From Octopus bimaculoides (lineage: Eukaryota): DNA of 64,000 nucleotides. The stretch is from contig NC_068982.1 of NCBI RefSeq assembly GCF_001194135.2, positions 37,392,680 to 37,456,679 on the forward strand, written 5' to 3'. Below the pieces are notes generated by a model. It did not search any database. It was not told the origin of the DNA and saw nothing but the letters and a program-made list of their open reading frames with translations. Numbering within the stretch: position 1 is the stretch's first letter; every line of letters starts with the position of its first letter. Shown piece by piece: positions 50,747-64,000 of the stretch. The position numbers and the translations under genes are program-made.

Positions 50747-53700
50747 GTGTGTAAACAAATATATACATATATGCACATACACACACACACGAACATGTGT
50801 TGTAAGTTTGCCTCCCAACCCTATGGCTCTGGGTTCAGTCCCACTACATGGGACCTTGGACAAGTATTTTCTTCTATAGACTTGGGTCAACCAAAGCTTT
50901 ATGAGTGGATTTGGTAGACAAAAACTAAAAGAAGCCCATTGTGTGTGTGTAAATGTCTTTATAAGTACCGGTATCAATTTGTTCAACTAAATATTCTTCA
51001 AGGCGGTTGCCCCACCATATCCACGGTCTAAAGATAAAAAATATGTATATATACATACAAGTGCAAATGTATGTGTGTGTGTATACATACACATACATGT
51101 GCACAAAATTACACATTTATGAGACTATATCTCACCATGAAGGTTTCTGTAAGCCTTCTGAGATCAACATATGGACCTGCACAGGAAGTTCCTCTCCTAG
51201 GTGCAGGTCTGGGCAAAATTTTCTATGGAAGACATGTAATTATCCATGTATGCCTATCCCTCATTTCCACACCAACCAATGCTCTATTTGCTTTGCCCTT
51301 CTCATGGAGAATGGAAGAGGAGGGCCAATAGAGCTTAGCACCAGTATCATTTTTAGGCATTGACATTAGAATGTGAAGAGCTGTTAACAAATAATACAAG
51401 ACATCTCTTCCAACACTCTAACAATGTCCTTGCTCCACTACTCTGGGCTGGTACTGTATTTATTGTCTCCAAAAGGATAGAAAACAGTTGATTTCAACTT
51501 GGGGTGCAGAGAGCTAGAACTGGAATAAATACAGCCAGACATTCTATCTGACTTTCTAACAATTATGCTAATTAATAACCTTACACCTCAACATACAGAA
51601 CAGAAATATAATACACACTTGCACATGTATAAAATAGTGGAATCATACATAAAAGTTATTATACACATTAGACACTATAAATCAGGCATGGCCGACCTTT
51701 TCCAAGAAACAGGGTGCATGAGACATGGCTCGTCATCATGCAAAACACATTACTAAAATTATTCTAGGTAATTTTTCATTTAGGTATACCATTCAGAACG
51801 TCTATAGACAGCCTTATTCCCATGAGTATTTTAAATAAACGATGATGATGATGATGATATGGAAACGTGCCAAGGGATTCAATGAATAAACCCTCACCAC
51901 AATTAAAGGTAATGAGAGTAAGAAATTGTTATGACAAAGAATTAAATTCAGTTTATTATTATTAATTACTCTGAGAAAGAAAACTATAACCTTAGCTTCC
52001 TACAATAATGTTTAATACATTGACTATTTCCATTAAATTCTTACTCGTTGGGCTTGTGGAAATGATGGGGTATGACAAGGAAGGGTGATCTTCTGAAGAA
52101 AGGGTTGGAAAGGAGTGTTTAGGGAGTAGTTTTACAGTTGGAAAGATTAGAAAAGGAGAGATTGCCCAGTATTTATTAGATTTTGTGTGTGTGTGTGTGT
52201 GTCTGTTTAGCCCATGTCACCCTTGATCAAGTAGGCCTATGGTGATATTGGTGGTGAAGGACAAAGAAGTGCACAGTTTAACAGGATTTAACAGGTATTT
52301 GGTGAGTGATGGCATGATAATCAGACAGACAGACTGTTTTTTATGCAGTTCAGAATATATGTGTGTATGCATGAAACACTGAGATGTATAAGCACTTTTT
52401 CAGTGTAAGGCATATGTATTCTTCATAATGGGTCAGCAACTGTTTTGTATTATTTCTGGCTCTAAAAAGTAAATTTAACTTTGATGTACAGTCTTGGTAG
52501 CATAACATTTCTGGTTGCCATGAAAATTTATCCTAAGTTTTAAGAAATGGGTTTAGGTATTTGTTGTTCATAACTAATGAGTAAATAAGTGTTGTAAGTG
52601 TGTTTTCTTGAGATATGTGGTAACTCCATTTTGTGTTGTGGAATGAAAATAAGGTGTTGACTCCTGGTTGCAAGATTTTAAACTGTCAGTTTGATACTGG
52701 AATTTATATTTTTTTAATTCTTGTAATGACAGTACTACATCAAACTGCATAAGGAAAACAAACGTATATTCTGAAAGTTCTGAAGGTATCACACTATCTG
52801 TTCATTTGTTTGAGAATTATAACCTTCAGTAGCATAATGTCATTTGATTTTCTCATATGATGACTTTCAAATCTTCATTTAATATAAACTTATATGAATC
52901 TGTTTTTGAAACAAAATGCTGCTGAACCTCTTCAGTAATTTTGTGCTCAAGTAAACATTTGATGAAGCTCTTCAAATTGTAAATGTTAAACCTTCTCCAC
53001 AAAGATATATGGATTATATTTCTCTGTGCCAACAAAATGAAATGAATCAACTCCATGTTTACAATTTTAACTTTTTCACATTAAATTTGCTCCAATTAAA
53101 TATGGAGCTGACTAGGAAATACGTCATATAATTACTTGCTTCTTTTGAGCTCTATGGTTTAAATCTGCACCTCTAGGTGCTTAATTACATAAGAACTTAA
53201 TCACACAGGAACACAGGACTAATAATTAAAAAAAAATACAATATTGTTTCTTTTATTTTTCTGTAAAATTTTTTCAAAAAAATATTTCTCAACTGGTTGT
53301 CTTTATATTATTATTTTGTAACAAATGTCTTTTGTGTAAAGATATTTTATATGGAATATTGAAAATATGTTTAGTAATTTTTCAAGGTTTTATTTTAAAA
53401 GAAAAAGATGTATCTAATTTTTTTATTTTCTTCTTCATTTAAAAACTGGAATATAGCAATAAATCCTACATAAATGATGGCTGTTTTCAGTTTTAAATTT
53501 TTTCCCCTTCTAAGACTATATTACATTCTAGAGCATGTGTTTACTATATAAAAATATTGTAAAAATTGAACTAGGTGTTACCATGTATAAAATGACATTA
53601 GATTAGTTAATTCCTGAAATAATTATGGAAACTAAGAATTAACTTCAAATTCGGATTTTTTTTCCCCTGTGCTTTTTTTTTTTTCTGTTTCTATTCATTT

Positions 53701-55190
53701 AACTCTCCAAACTGAAATGATTTAATCCAAATCAGTGTTCACAGATTTCTTAAAATATAATATTTAAAATATGAAGTTCACTGAGATTGGCTGTATCTAT
53801 TTTCCTATAAACAGGTGAAGTTTTTTGTTTACATGTTTTTTTCAACATGTAACCTTTCCTTTTCAGTTACCTTGACAAAATGATTTCAAAGTGTTTATAT
53901 ACAGTAATATATATATATATATTGTCCTTGTCATCATTTTTAGCATCCACTTTTCCATGCCCATATAGGTTGGACAGAATTTGTTGAGGCAGATTTTCTT
54001 TGGCTGACTGTCCTTCCTGTCACCAACCCTCAACTGTTTCCAAGTAAGGTAATATTTCCCCATGACTAGACTGAGTTCAAATCTCACCAAGGTCAACTTT
54101 ACCTTTCATCTCTTTTGGTGGTCAGTTAAAAAAACGTACCAATATAGTGCATAATATTGGCAGAACTGAAAAAATGTTGGACCAGATACCTTGTCCTATT
54201 TGTTCCAGCTCTTTGTATTCTGAGTTCAAACCCCACCATGATCTACTTTAGTAGCAGACTTAATCACTTAGTTTAACTCCACCACTTGATACCTTGGGTA
54301 GCTATCATTAGCAGAGTTTACTCTGCTACAAGCATTCAGGCTAGGACCAGTTAAAGCTACCTTCCTCCCTCCAGCTTGACTAAAAAGGCTTTTAAAATAT
54401 GTAGAGGTATCTCTTCTTTAGTTAATATCCTTTTTACCTTGCAAACATAAGCATAACAATGCTTGAACAATATTGCCTTTGTAAAAAGAAAAAAAAAGAA
54501 AAGAAGCAATAACATCACTACCCAATTATCTAGTGTTAAGAATAATTATTGAACTAAAGCTGATAAACACTCTCATAACCAAGTTATTACAAAATAATTT
54601 CAACATATGCCATGCAGTGTGGATTACAGTATTATAATGACAAAGTAATCTTTTTGCATCTGTAGAATGTAATAATTCATTCTGATAAGTGAAGATGATT
54701 TTGCTCCAGATTAACAATACATCTTCTTATTCCAGCACTTTAATTGTACAAACAGAGCAACTAACAATCTTAATCTTCAGCAGTTTCTTTAATCATTTTA
54801 TTAGATGCTACATGTGCAATCTGATGCTATTATCAGCTATTATGGATTCCTGATAAAATTGCCGTATGCTTAGTCAACCTAATCAATACTTGCTAACAGT
54901 AATACAGTGGCTATTTGCCAGTGTAAATGGGATGAAGTTTAAAGAAATTGTGCTTATTATTAATGAGTAATAAAAAGAGCAGGTTATGCAGTGTATGTTT
55001 CTCAGAGGGAGTGTGTTTATATCTTTAAGATTAACAAAAGTTCAAATAAATCTCATGAATTGGATCTTTTGGATATGCAACATGAAGTCAGTTTAACTGA
55101 TTGAATCTAGATTATCTAAACAGGATGGGTGTAAACCAGGTATTATTTGAATGAAGATAAAAATAAACAACATTGACAATTAGAAATTTA

Positions 55191-55417
55191 TTAAACCTTT
55201 AGCATTCAGATTACTTTGTCAACTGTAATACATATTTATTCACATTCTTTTGAGTTCATCATGCATTATCTCATAGCTTCGAGATTTTGATGATGTAATT
55301 ATTTATTTTAAGAATGACATTGTCATGTAGGTGAGAGGCTGGACCTAACTAGGCTGAACATAAAGGAGGTAGAATATTTGGGCCAGATATGGCTGGTTTA
55401 AATGCTAAAAGGGTTAA
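55191..55417. mobile_element. piggyBac-like MITE flanked by TTAA
   Basis: ttaa|acctttagcatt ... aatgctaaaaggg|ttaa; ~220-bp non-coding body. Confidence 0.75.
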
Positions 55418-58261
55418 AGAGTTTGAACATTGACAAAGATAAAAATCTAGGTTTGTGCACATATGTTTTGTGTTTCAGTCAACTCTGGCTAGGGCAGAGA
55501 ATGTGTAGGATATTAAAGTAAGCTGAGAAGGATGGCAATGGGCCTAACTTGAGTAGGACATTCCATCATAGACTTTTATGTAGCTGTAAATTTTTTCAAG
55601 AAGCATCTTCATCTCTGAATACAAGCATCACCTTATGTCAGATTTCATTCATGGAAGGATCTGAGCTCAACACTACTACCTAAAAAAAAGACTTCGATTG
55701 TATTATTTTTCCTCCCCCACTCCACTTCAGTTACTTGCTGCTCCCATACTCTTAAAGCTCTTTATTCACTATTTATAATTTGGTGGATTGAGCATTTGAA
55801 ACTTATTTGACGAGAGACATGAGGTATCAATCCCAAATACAATCTGTATATTTTTCTGTCAGCAAAATGACATCTCAATAACTCGTGAAAAGAATTAGCT
55901 AAATGAGCCATTGTTGTATCAAATATCTTTTTCACTGGCAGACAGCTTTTACAAAAGCTGTCTAGCCATTTGAAAAGGATATTTGATGTTACATTATTTC
56001 GAGAATATTGTTTCATTGATTACATTATTGCTGTTTTCCTTCTTCTGTGTAACCATAGAGATGGACATCATTATTTGATTATTCTGTGTCAGTTTACATC
56101 TCAGAGTGACAGCTTAGCAATGAATTTAGTAGGACTCAACTTCAGATTAAATTGCCCACTTATCATCTCTCACTATCCTGACTTTTTTTTTTTTAATATT
56201 ATATGCTGTGCATGTTGATAGGTGTACAACATTAAATTTTATCTACAAATAAGAAAACCAGCTGTCTATATCTTATTCAGTCATCCAATACTAGGAGGGT
56301 ACATAACCCCTTTAATAACGTTTCTCTTTCTTCAAGTTTTTTTCTATTTTTATACTCACTAAATGTTGAAATTAATTAATTCCTATTAATAAAAACCCAG
56401 TTAATTAATTTTGACAAATGAATTACATCAAGACAGCAAAAACTTCTATATAGCTACTTAATTAACTCAATATGAATCTGTAACCAATTTGAAAATCTTA
56501 GGACAATACAACTATAGCTAGCAATACTAATCGATTACATCTTTTGAGCGTCTTTATTTATGTAATAGGACTGCTTAGTATGCTTGACTAGGGATAGCTG
56601 CTGTTTCCTGTTAACTTTGGTGTCTTGCTGTGTTTTTCCTGTGTACTCTGCATGTACCTTTAGCTATCATTACTGTCTTTCTTTATTATTACTGCTTTGT
56701 CTGTTTCCTCTTACCTTTTTGTGATGGGCAACTGTAATAAACTCTCTAATTTTGACATAAGACCAATAATTTTGAGGGAAGAGGGAAGTTGATTACATCA
56801 ACCCCAGTGCTAATTCGCCGCATAAGAATGAAAGACAAAGTCAACCTTGGTGGATTTTGAACTCAAAATGTAAAGAACCAGAAAAAATGCTGGTAAGCCT
56901 TTTGACTGGCATGATAATGATTCTTCCAGCTTGCCACCTTACTCATTAGTATATTAAATAAAAAACAATAAATTATAGGTTAATTGTATGAGGTTATAAC
57001 TTGGATCATAGCCAGGATTATGGTTAGATGAACTATGACACTTTTACCACTGTGCTTTTGTGTAACATCATGCATGGATTTTGGACTGTTGGTTCGTTTT
57101 TGTTTTTTTTATTGTATTAGCTGATTCCCAAACAGTAATCATTTTAGAATTAATAAAACTATTCTTAACTCCAGCAACAAGGTTTCCATGAATGTCTATG
57201 AGTTCCTTTAGTGCAAATCTACAACCTATATGTGGTTCAATTAGTTACATACTAAGTATAATTGGTTCTGTATTATCAACAGGTCAGCAAACTGGAAGAG
57301 TATTACAATATTTGTTCCAAATTTCTGTGTGCTGAGTTCAAATCCTGCTATGGCCAACTTTAACCTTTCATCTTTTCAGTATCAATAAAATACTAGTCTA
57401 CTACTGGGACCAATTCTGCCTCTCTAGAGTGAACTCATAATTGAGAGCTCCAGCCTTGTCACATTGTGTGATACTGATTTGATCTGAACAGTACATTAAA
57501 AGTAAAATGTCTGTGAAATATTCATTTATTTGCATGTCAATTTCAGGAGTAGGAATTAGTTGAATGCTCATTGTTGAAACCAGCAGAGAATCTGCTATAC
57601 CTGCAGCCCTTCTAAAAAAAAGTGCCTTTGGTTCCACCCACCCCTCCTTTTTTCTTGCTCATCACAAGATCTTTTTTTATCTACTAGCAAGACCAAATGC
57701 ATATTTATATAACTTTATATATTTATTTGTTCATGACACATTTTGTATTGGTCCTCTATAACCTGTCTGGTTGTCAATTGTGTACCGTTATGAAAATATG
57801 TTGTGTCATCAGTTTTTGATTATATTTTAATAAGTTGGCTTGGCTCCTGCTGCATGGCCATTTGGTAAAGAGAGATGAGAAAATTATTAAATAACAATGA
57901 AATAAGTTTGTTCAATCCCTATCTTAAGCTATGGAGAAGTCCTACATGGAGCCTAATTTGACAGCAAGACTAAATACATATGTATAAAATTGTACATTTA
58001 TTTATTGATTCACTTGGAATTTATATTTTCCTGATATTTATTAACAGTCTCAGAATGAGGAAACATGAAGCACAAATATTTAATTCATAATCAGTTATGT
58101 TGACAAGTTTCCTGATCAGTGAAAGGGTGTTTGTGACATTTATGCCTTTTCTAAGGATATTAGCAACAGATGTAGAATGAAACAACATTCACTTGGTGTT
58201 TAATTTTTTTTTCTCTCTATTACATAATTTTCTAATTATTTCTTTAACAAAACCCTTCAAA

Positions 58262-58573
58262 TCTGGCACTCCATTGGTTATGACAGTTCCAGTTGATCCG
58301 ATCAACAGAACAACCTGCTTGTGAAATTAACATGCAAGTGGATGAGCACTCCACAAAAATGCATACCTTTAACATAGTTTACAAGGAGATTCAGTATGAC
58401 ACAATGTGACAAGGCTGGCTCTTTGAAATGCAGGTTCTACTCATTTTTGCCAGCTAAGTGGACTGGAGCAACATGAAATAAAGTGTCTTGCTCAAGAACA
58501 CAGCGCACCACCATGAATGAAACAACTTTACAATCATGAGCTGAATACCCAAACTACGAAGCTACATGCCTTC
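58262..58573 (-). mobile_element. tRNA-headed SINE
   Basis: Reverse-complement head with ttcttgagcaagacacttt..ttgctccagtccact and conserved body cagttgatccgatcaac..gtgaaattaac. Confidence 0.65.
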
Positions 58574-61500
58574 CCTTCTGATCTGTATACAGGGAGAAGT
58601 AATTATAGTATGGCATCTGTATTTCTCAGTAACTCATAATAAAAGTAAAATTTCAGCAATCAGGAATGGAAAGCCGTGTGTTAACTAAAATTCATTGAGA
58701 GCTTTTTTCTATTGTCTTGATAAAATATTTTTTTCAATCTACTTTGTTTGGTAGCTAAGGCATTATCCATATATCAACTACCCTAAGACTCAACAGTCTT
58801 GATATTTAATTTTCCAGTGGTTGGAAAAATTAGATCTTAATCTAAACCTCTTTCAATGTGATGAATTTAATATGTAACATTTGCCGTGCCATCTTTTGTT
58901 ATAAACTTAGGAATGTGCTTTATTCAGTTTCAAAGGGAGAGATTAAGACAGGTTGGGATATTAAAGATAACTATATTCTTTTATATGATTAACACAGCAA
59001 CTTGAATTAAATTGATAACGTTAATAAAGAAAATCTGTATGAAATTTACTTTTGTCATTATCCTGAGATCTAAATCAATAAACTAATATTTCTTCTTGAC
59101 TGATAAATCTATATCTATTTCAGATAATAATCGTTAGGTGCAATTCAGCGAATCATATGTTGTAGCACAATGGAGTTGTTCCTAATAATTCATATACAAT
59201 TTACTCTGATAAAATCTTTGCAGCTGTTGGCAAAAGATGAAAGTATTATTGTAACCTATATACTGTTATCTGCAGAATCTATTACTCAGCTAAACATTAT
59301 TGCTTGCTAACTATTCTTAGATAAAGAAAACCATTAAGATATTAAACATTAAATAGGAGTTTTAACTTGTATTTCAAAATACTGCATTATCTGCAATATT
59401 GCATTCTAAATAATTTACTATTGACAAAGCTTTCTAATGACTGTATTCTGTACATCAGTGAGACCTGAGGTCTACAGTCTCTAATACAAAACCTGTTGTG
59501 TTGATCTGTTGAATAACTATGTGTACAACACAACAGACACTCAAATGCTGTTGCTTTCATACTTGCCATGTTACACACCCAATAATACATGAGACTGATG
59601 ACTTGCACAAGACAGTTTTCTTTGGTAAAATGTAATCATTCACAATGTGCTTAAAGTTGAATGCAATGTATGAGGAGGGCCATCATTTTGTAGAAAAATA
59701 ATTGTTTCTTGTATGGTACTTGCTGTTAGTTATTCTCTCGTCTGTTCACTTTCAATACATTTGGGTAGTTATTAGCTAAGATTTACACATGCTAGTCAAG
59801 AATGTAATTAAAATATTTGGTGGATCTAACTCCAATAACGATATCACATTGGATGCTGGCATTTTACTATCCACTATTTAACTTCTGTTCTTTAGTACCT
59901 TCAGTTTGGAAATAAAAATAAATAAATAAAACCACTTTTTGGCCCAGAAAATACCTACTATTGAGAAAGTGAATATTTTAATTTTCATATTGCCCTGAGA
60001 ATAAAGAAGCTTAACAAAATTATATTCTATAAAAATGAAGGATCTGTCATAGAGAAGAAAGGTGTTCGATATATTTATGTGTAAAGAATTGAAACACAAA
60101 ATTCCTGGTTATCTCCTAATTCAGGATTCACAGATAAAAACAGAAACACATTGGCAAAAGGCTACACATTTTTGCTGATGAAGAATAGGGTTCATTACAT
60201 ATTTTATCAACCCCTGGTGGATAAAGTAAACTGTTGGAATTTGAACCCCAAATGTAGAAGGATGGATCATGTTGCTAAAATAAATTTAAAAAATAGGACA
60301 TTCTTTTAATTTGTGGATCACAAAATAAAAGGTTGACACGATCCAGCAATGTCCAGGCAGACATGTCAAAAAGATAATCCAGTGCTTTTTTAAAAATTAA
60401 ATAATAAATTCTTCAAATTCCTTAGATTTCCAACAACGAATTTACCAAAACATTTCAATTCCTTCCTCCTCCAATATTTGTTTTTTTTTAATTCATCATC
60501 CCCCGAAATTTTGTGGGGTGATTCTGTTTAAAAATAGAGATTATGATTCTGCAAAGCAAAAACAAAAAATTCAAAACGTCAGACTTTTTTTTAAAAATTA
60601 ATACTGATTGTTTACGATAATTAACTACCTTCATTTTGTGATCATAAGCCCAAGCAATGCCTAAAATGGTTATCTTATTTCAAAATTTACAATTTGCGGT
60701 GTTTTTTTCCTTGAAACATTATTACTGTCGCCGCTTCTCTCGTTGTGTAAACTTCTCTGCCTTAGCAATAAAAACACTTTTTTCCTAATGTTAAATATTT
60801 TAATATGTTTATATATAAGGCTACTGTGAAAGAATTTCTTATGAGGGAGAATATATGAAGAAATCAAATTAAGCTTTGCCTCACGTAAAAAAAAAAAGAA
60901 CAACTGCTTTGTAGTTGTATGGGTATCCCCTTAAGAGACTTTTCCTACTTTCATTTATAACAATAGCAAGTTAACACCTGTTGTGCTAGCACACCCGGAA
61001 ATCATATCATCCGCTTATTCCCTTGCCCATCTCTTTAATATACCGTCACCTTAACCAAAAGATTAATTGCATCCTTTAACTGCAGTAAGCATCTGTTTGA
61101 AGTAATAATATACAACAACTAGATTCCCCTGTCTCGTGTATCGCTTCCTTTGTAGTATGACATTAACAAATTGTACGTTATTGTTGAATGATCTGAAATG
61201 TAGTCTCAGTTAATAATTACCCGTTAGTATACAGTGCTAATGTATATATATATATACACTCTCGTTCTAGACTGCCTTCTCAAAATAAGTTGTTTCATCG
61301 TAAGGTAACTAAATTTCGAGAAATTAACTTGCCAGAAAATCGATGCAATTCCAAATTGTGAACAGCTTAGAGACTAGCTATAAATAGATTCTGCAAACCA
61401 TTATGTAGGAAGGTCGTTTTTATTTAGTAACAATTGTTATCTTTATGAGGATGTGACTCAATATTTTTAAAGACGCTTTCAATATAATTATAATCACTTC

Positions 61501-62041
61501 TATTCGTAGTAAATCTAGGCTAGAGTATGCTTAGTTCTCTAACACAACCCCCTGCCAATCGATAATGTATTTATCCAGATCATGAACAATCATTATTCAA
61601 TGTTATATTTCCTTGTGACTCTATCATCATAAAAAATTTGTCTCAATATCTTCGTCTTAAGTCTTCTATTACAATTCTGTTAGCATCTAGAATGCTCCAT
61701 AGTAATATTTAAATCAAGAGACGGAAATAAAATCACTCAAAAAGTCATAATTTTTACTGGAGAAAAAGTTATATTTTATTAAAATAACAATGTCACAAAT
61801 AGTTGAAGTAATTAAAACCAATATTTTTAGTTGCTTATTAACTATGTATGTATGCTTGCACATAATTTGGATCTTTTTGGTTTGACGGGCAACATTTTTC
61901 ATTTATGTTTTACATAGTGTTTTTGGTACCGAAACACTTTCAAACTTCGTATACTTGTATATTTTGTGTTATAGAACAGATAAAAATTTTTGTATTCGAA
62001 GTTATTTCATGTTAAAAATTGTCTTATTTCGATAATTTCAA

Positions 62042-62056
62042 CCAATCACTGACGTC
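62042..62056. promoter_or_regulatory. Adjacent CCAAT box and CRE-like TGACGTC inside the CpG-retaining zone
   Basis: ccaatcactgacgtc seen directly; function is inferred only. Confidence 0.25.
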
Positions 62057-62286
62057 TATTCAGTTGAATACAGTTACTGCTGTGGCGGTGTATATGGTAT
62101 TAATCCCTTGTTGACATATTCCATCCGGTTTTTTGGTTTGTTTTCTTTTAAAGCAGACAAAATTATAGAAAAATGGTAATTTATACGCTTATATTTGTTT
62201 ATATGATAAATTACGCTGTGCGTATCTGTGTTTGTAACAATTTTTCGCTAGTACTCAGTAACACATTTTCTAAATGATGGTAGAGT

Positions 62287-62465
62287 NNNNNNNNNNNNNN
62301 NNNNNNNNNNNNNNNNNNNNNNNNNNNNNNNNNNNNNNNNNNNNNNNNNNNNNNNNNNNNNNNNNNNNNNNNNNNNNNNNNNNNNNNNNNNNNNNNNNNN
62401 NNNNNNNNNNNNNNNNNNNNNNNNNNNNNNNNNNNNNNNNNNNNNNNNNNNNNNNNNNNNNNNNN
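62287..62465. other. Assembly gap (N run)
   Basis: 179 N. Confidence 1.
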
Positions 62466-62994
62466 GCAGCCAAATCTTCTTCAAATCAAAAAAGGACGAT
62501 AGCGTAACAACGGCAAACAGGACAAAACACGATAGAAGGATCATTCGCAGCCAATTACCTCTTCAGTCGGAGTCTGGAATGTCTACGTAGTTTCGGCCAG
62601 TTATCTCCGATACTACTCAAAACCGGCGTGGCCAGGGACTTAAGCTAAAAGCATTAAGCCTCTGGGCAAGGCAAACAGATGTACGTATACAGGAAAAATA
62701 AGTAAACAACAGAAAGGATCTTTCGCCTATCGGAACGAATTTAACATACAAAATAGAATTATATGATGGACAAACGTCTTTAAGCTATACAGCAAAAGGA
62801 AAATTATTATAGAATTACAACAACAATAAAAGAAAACAAACAAGGTCTTTCGACTATCAGACAAGTGCGGTAAGTTAGCACAAGGAAAAGTCATAACAGA
62901 CCGGGTGGTAGGACAGAACAGATGCGAACAACCTCAAAGGCGGCGGGCCCAAACAGGACGACAACGCCTGAACTGGGCAGTGATCATGTGGTAG

Positions 62995-63311
62995 GGAGGG
63001 GAGGAGCAAGAGAGAGAGGAGCGAGCAAGAGAGAGGAGCGAGACAGAGAGAGAAGAGCGGCAGAGAGAGAGAGGAGCGAGACAGAGAGAGAAGAGCGGCA
63101 GAGAGAGAGGAGCCAGAGAGACAGACGACCGAGAGAGAGAGAAGTGCAAGAGAGGAGAGGAGCGAGAGAGGAGTATACATACCAATGTTGGCACGTACGT
63201 ACATCCATACATACGTACGTAGGTACGTACGTACATCCATACATACGTACATGGGCATGTACGTACATCCATACATACTAACTTAGGCACGTACGTACAT
63301 CCATACATGCG

Positions 63312-63347
<36 letters not shown>

Positions 63348-64000
63348 GAGAGCGGGAGAGGGAGAGGAGCGAGAGAGAGAGGGGATCGAGTGAGAGAGAG
63401 GAGGAAGAGAGGGAGAGAGAGAGAGAGGAGCGAGAGAGAGAGGAGGAAGAGAGAGAAGAGCGGGAGAGAGAGGAGCGAGAGAGAGAGGCGATCGGGTGAG
63501 AGAGAGAGGAGCGAGAGGGAGAGAGGAGCGAGACAGGGAGAGGAGCAACAGAGAGAGAGGATGAAGCGAGAGAGAGCAGCGAGAGAGGGAGAGAGGAGCG
63601 AGAGAGATGAGTGAGAGAGAGATGAGCGAGAGAGAGAGGAGCAAGAGAGAAGAGCATACATACTAACATAGGCACGTACGTACATCCATACATACGTACG
63701 TAGGTACGTACGTACATCCATACATACGTACGTAGGTACGTACGTACATCCATGCATACGAACGTAGTTACGTACGGACATCTATACATACGAACGTAGT
63801 TACGTACGTACACCCATAAATACTTACGTAGGTACGTAGGTACGTCCATACATACGTACGTGTGGACGTACGTACATCAACACATACTAACTTAGGCACG
63901 TACGTACATCCATACATACGAGAGAGAGACAGAGAGGGAGAAGAACGGGAGAGTGAGAGAGAAGAACGAGAGAGATTTGGAGAGAGAGAAGAACGAGAGA
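62995..64000. repeat. Compound satellite: GA-rich blocks alternating with TACG/TACA blocks
   Basis: gagagagaggagc-type units at ~63000-63170, 63330-63650 and 63920-64000; ggcacgtacgtacatccatacatac-type units at ~63190-63310 and 63660-63920. Confidence 0.92.

Noticed and set aside
50568-50986. ORFs rich in YIYI / THTH (also at 1919, 11868, 13486, 19790-20192, 22261, 35273)
   Set aside because: Translations of (TA)n, (CA)n and (ACAT)n microsatellites.
55938-55965. Hairpin agacagctttt-ac-aaaagctgtct next to CTAG, as a possible Helitron 3' end or terminator
   Set aside because: No spacing between hairpin and CTAG, no matching 5' end found, and short palindromes are frequent here.
59387-59608. 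Cys-rich 73-aa minus-strand ORF
   Set aside because: No recognisable domain spacing, no supporting splice sites, and neighbouring frames are full of stops.
62248-62544. Signal-peptide-like ORF MILLSCFVLFAVVTLSSFFDLKKIWL
   Set aside because: Runs into an N gap, lies in repeat-like sequence (gcagccaa..cttca recurs at ~81-nt spacing), and T-rich DNA gives hydrophobic reads by default.
62550-62850. Hammerhead-ribozyme-like fragments on the minus strand (GAAAC-TACGTA-GAC, CTGAAGAG, CTGATAGTCGAAA); similar at 12120-12200
   Set aside because: Core motifs are in the wrong order or lack a pairable stem I/II, and the cleavage triplet is not NUH; no complete fold could be built.
62875-63849. Long L/S-rich and R/E-rich ORFs up to 236 aa
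   Set aside because: Products of the GA and TACG satellite; all frames are open because the repeats lack stop codons.

Overview
Eukaryotic, very AT-rich genomic DNA with two N gaps (2817-2997, 62287-62465). The repeat families look like those of an octopod cephalopod (Octopus-like); this is inferred from the repeats, not proven. The main content is the 3' end of a dystrophin (DMD orthologue) gene on the + strand. Twelve coding exons between 1502 and 45547 splice with GT-AG ends and consistent phases into one frame (1433 nt, stop TAA at 45545-45547). They encode the end of the EF-hand region, the ZZ zinc finger, the syntrophin-binding region, two coiled coils and the ancestral hydrophobic C-terminus. 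The introns and downstream DNA are filled with decayed LINEs (R4/Dong, RTE), tRNA-type SINEs, two mariner elements, a piggyBac-like MITE, Helitron-like fragments and microsatellites. I found no second protein-coding gene that I can support, and no rRNA, tRNA or CRISPR array. The best leads are: (1) a PPxY WW-ligand motif on an in-frame-skippable 78-nt exon in the dystrophin tail; (2) a 301-bp near-perfect intronic hairpin; (3) a mariner whose 3' end is replaced by an inverted copy of its 5' end; (4) candidate truncated-isoform signals in the intron equivalent to human intron 70; (5) a sharp CpG-depletion boundary near 60.3 kb that hints at a hidden transcription unit or promoter. All of these are hypotheses. 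Comparisons with human DMD are from memory and need checking.
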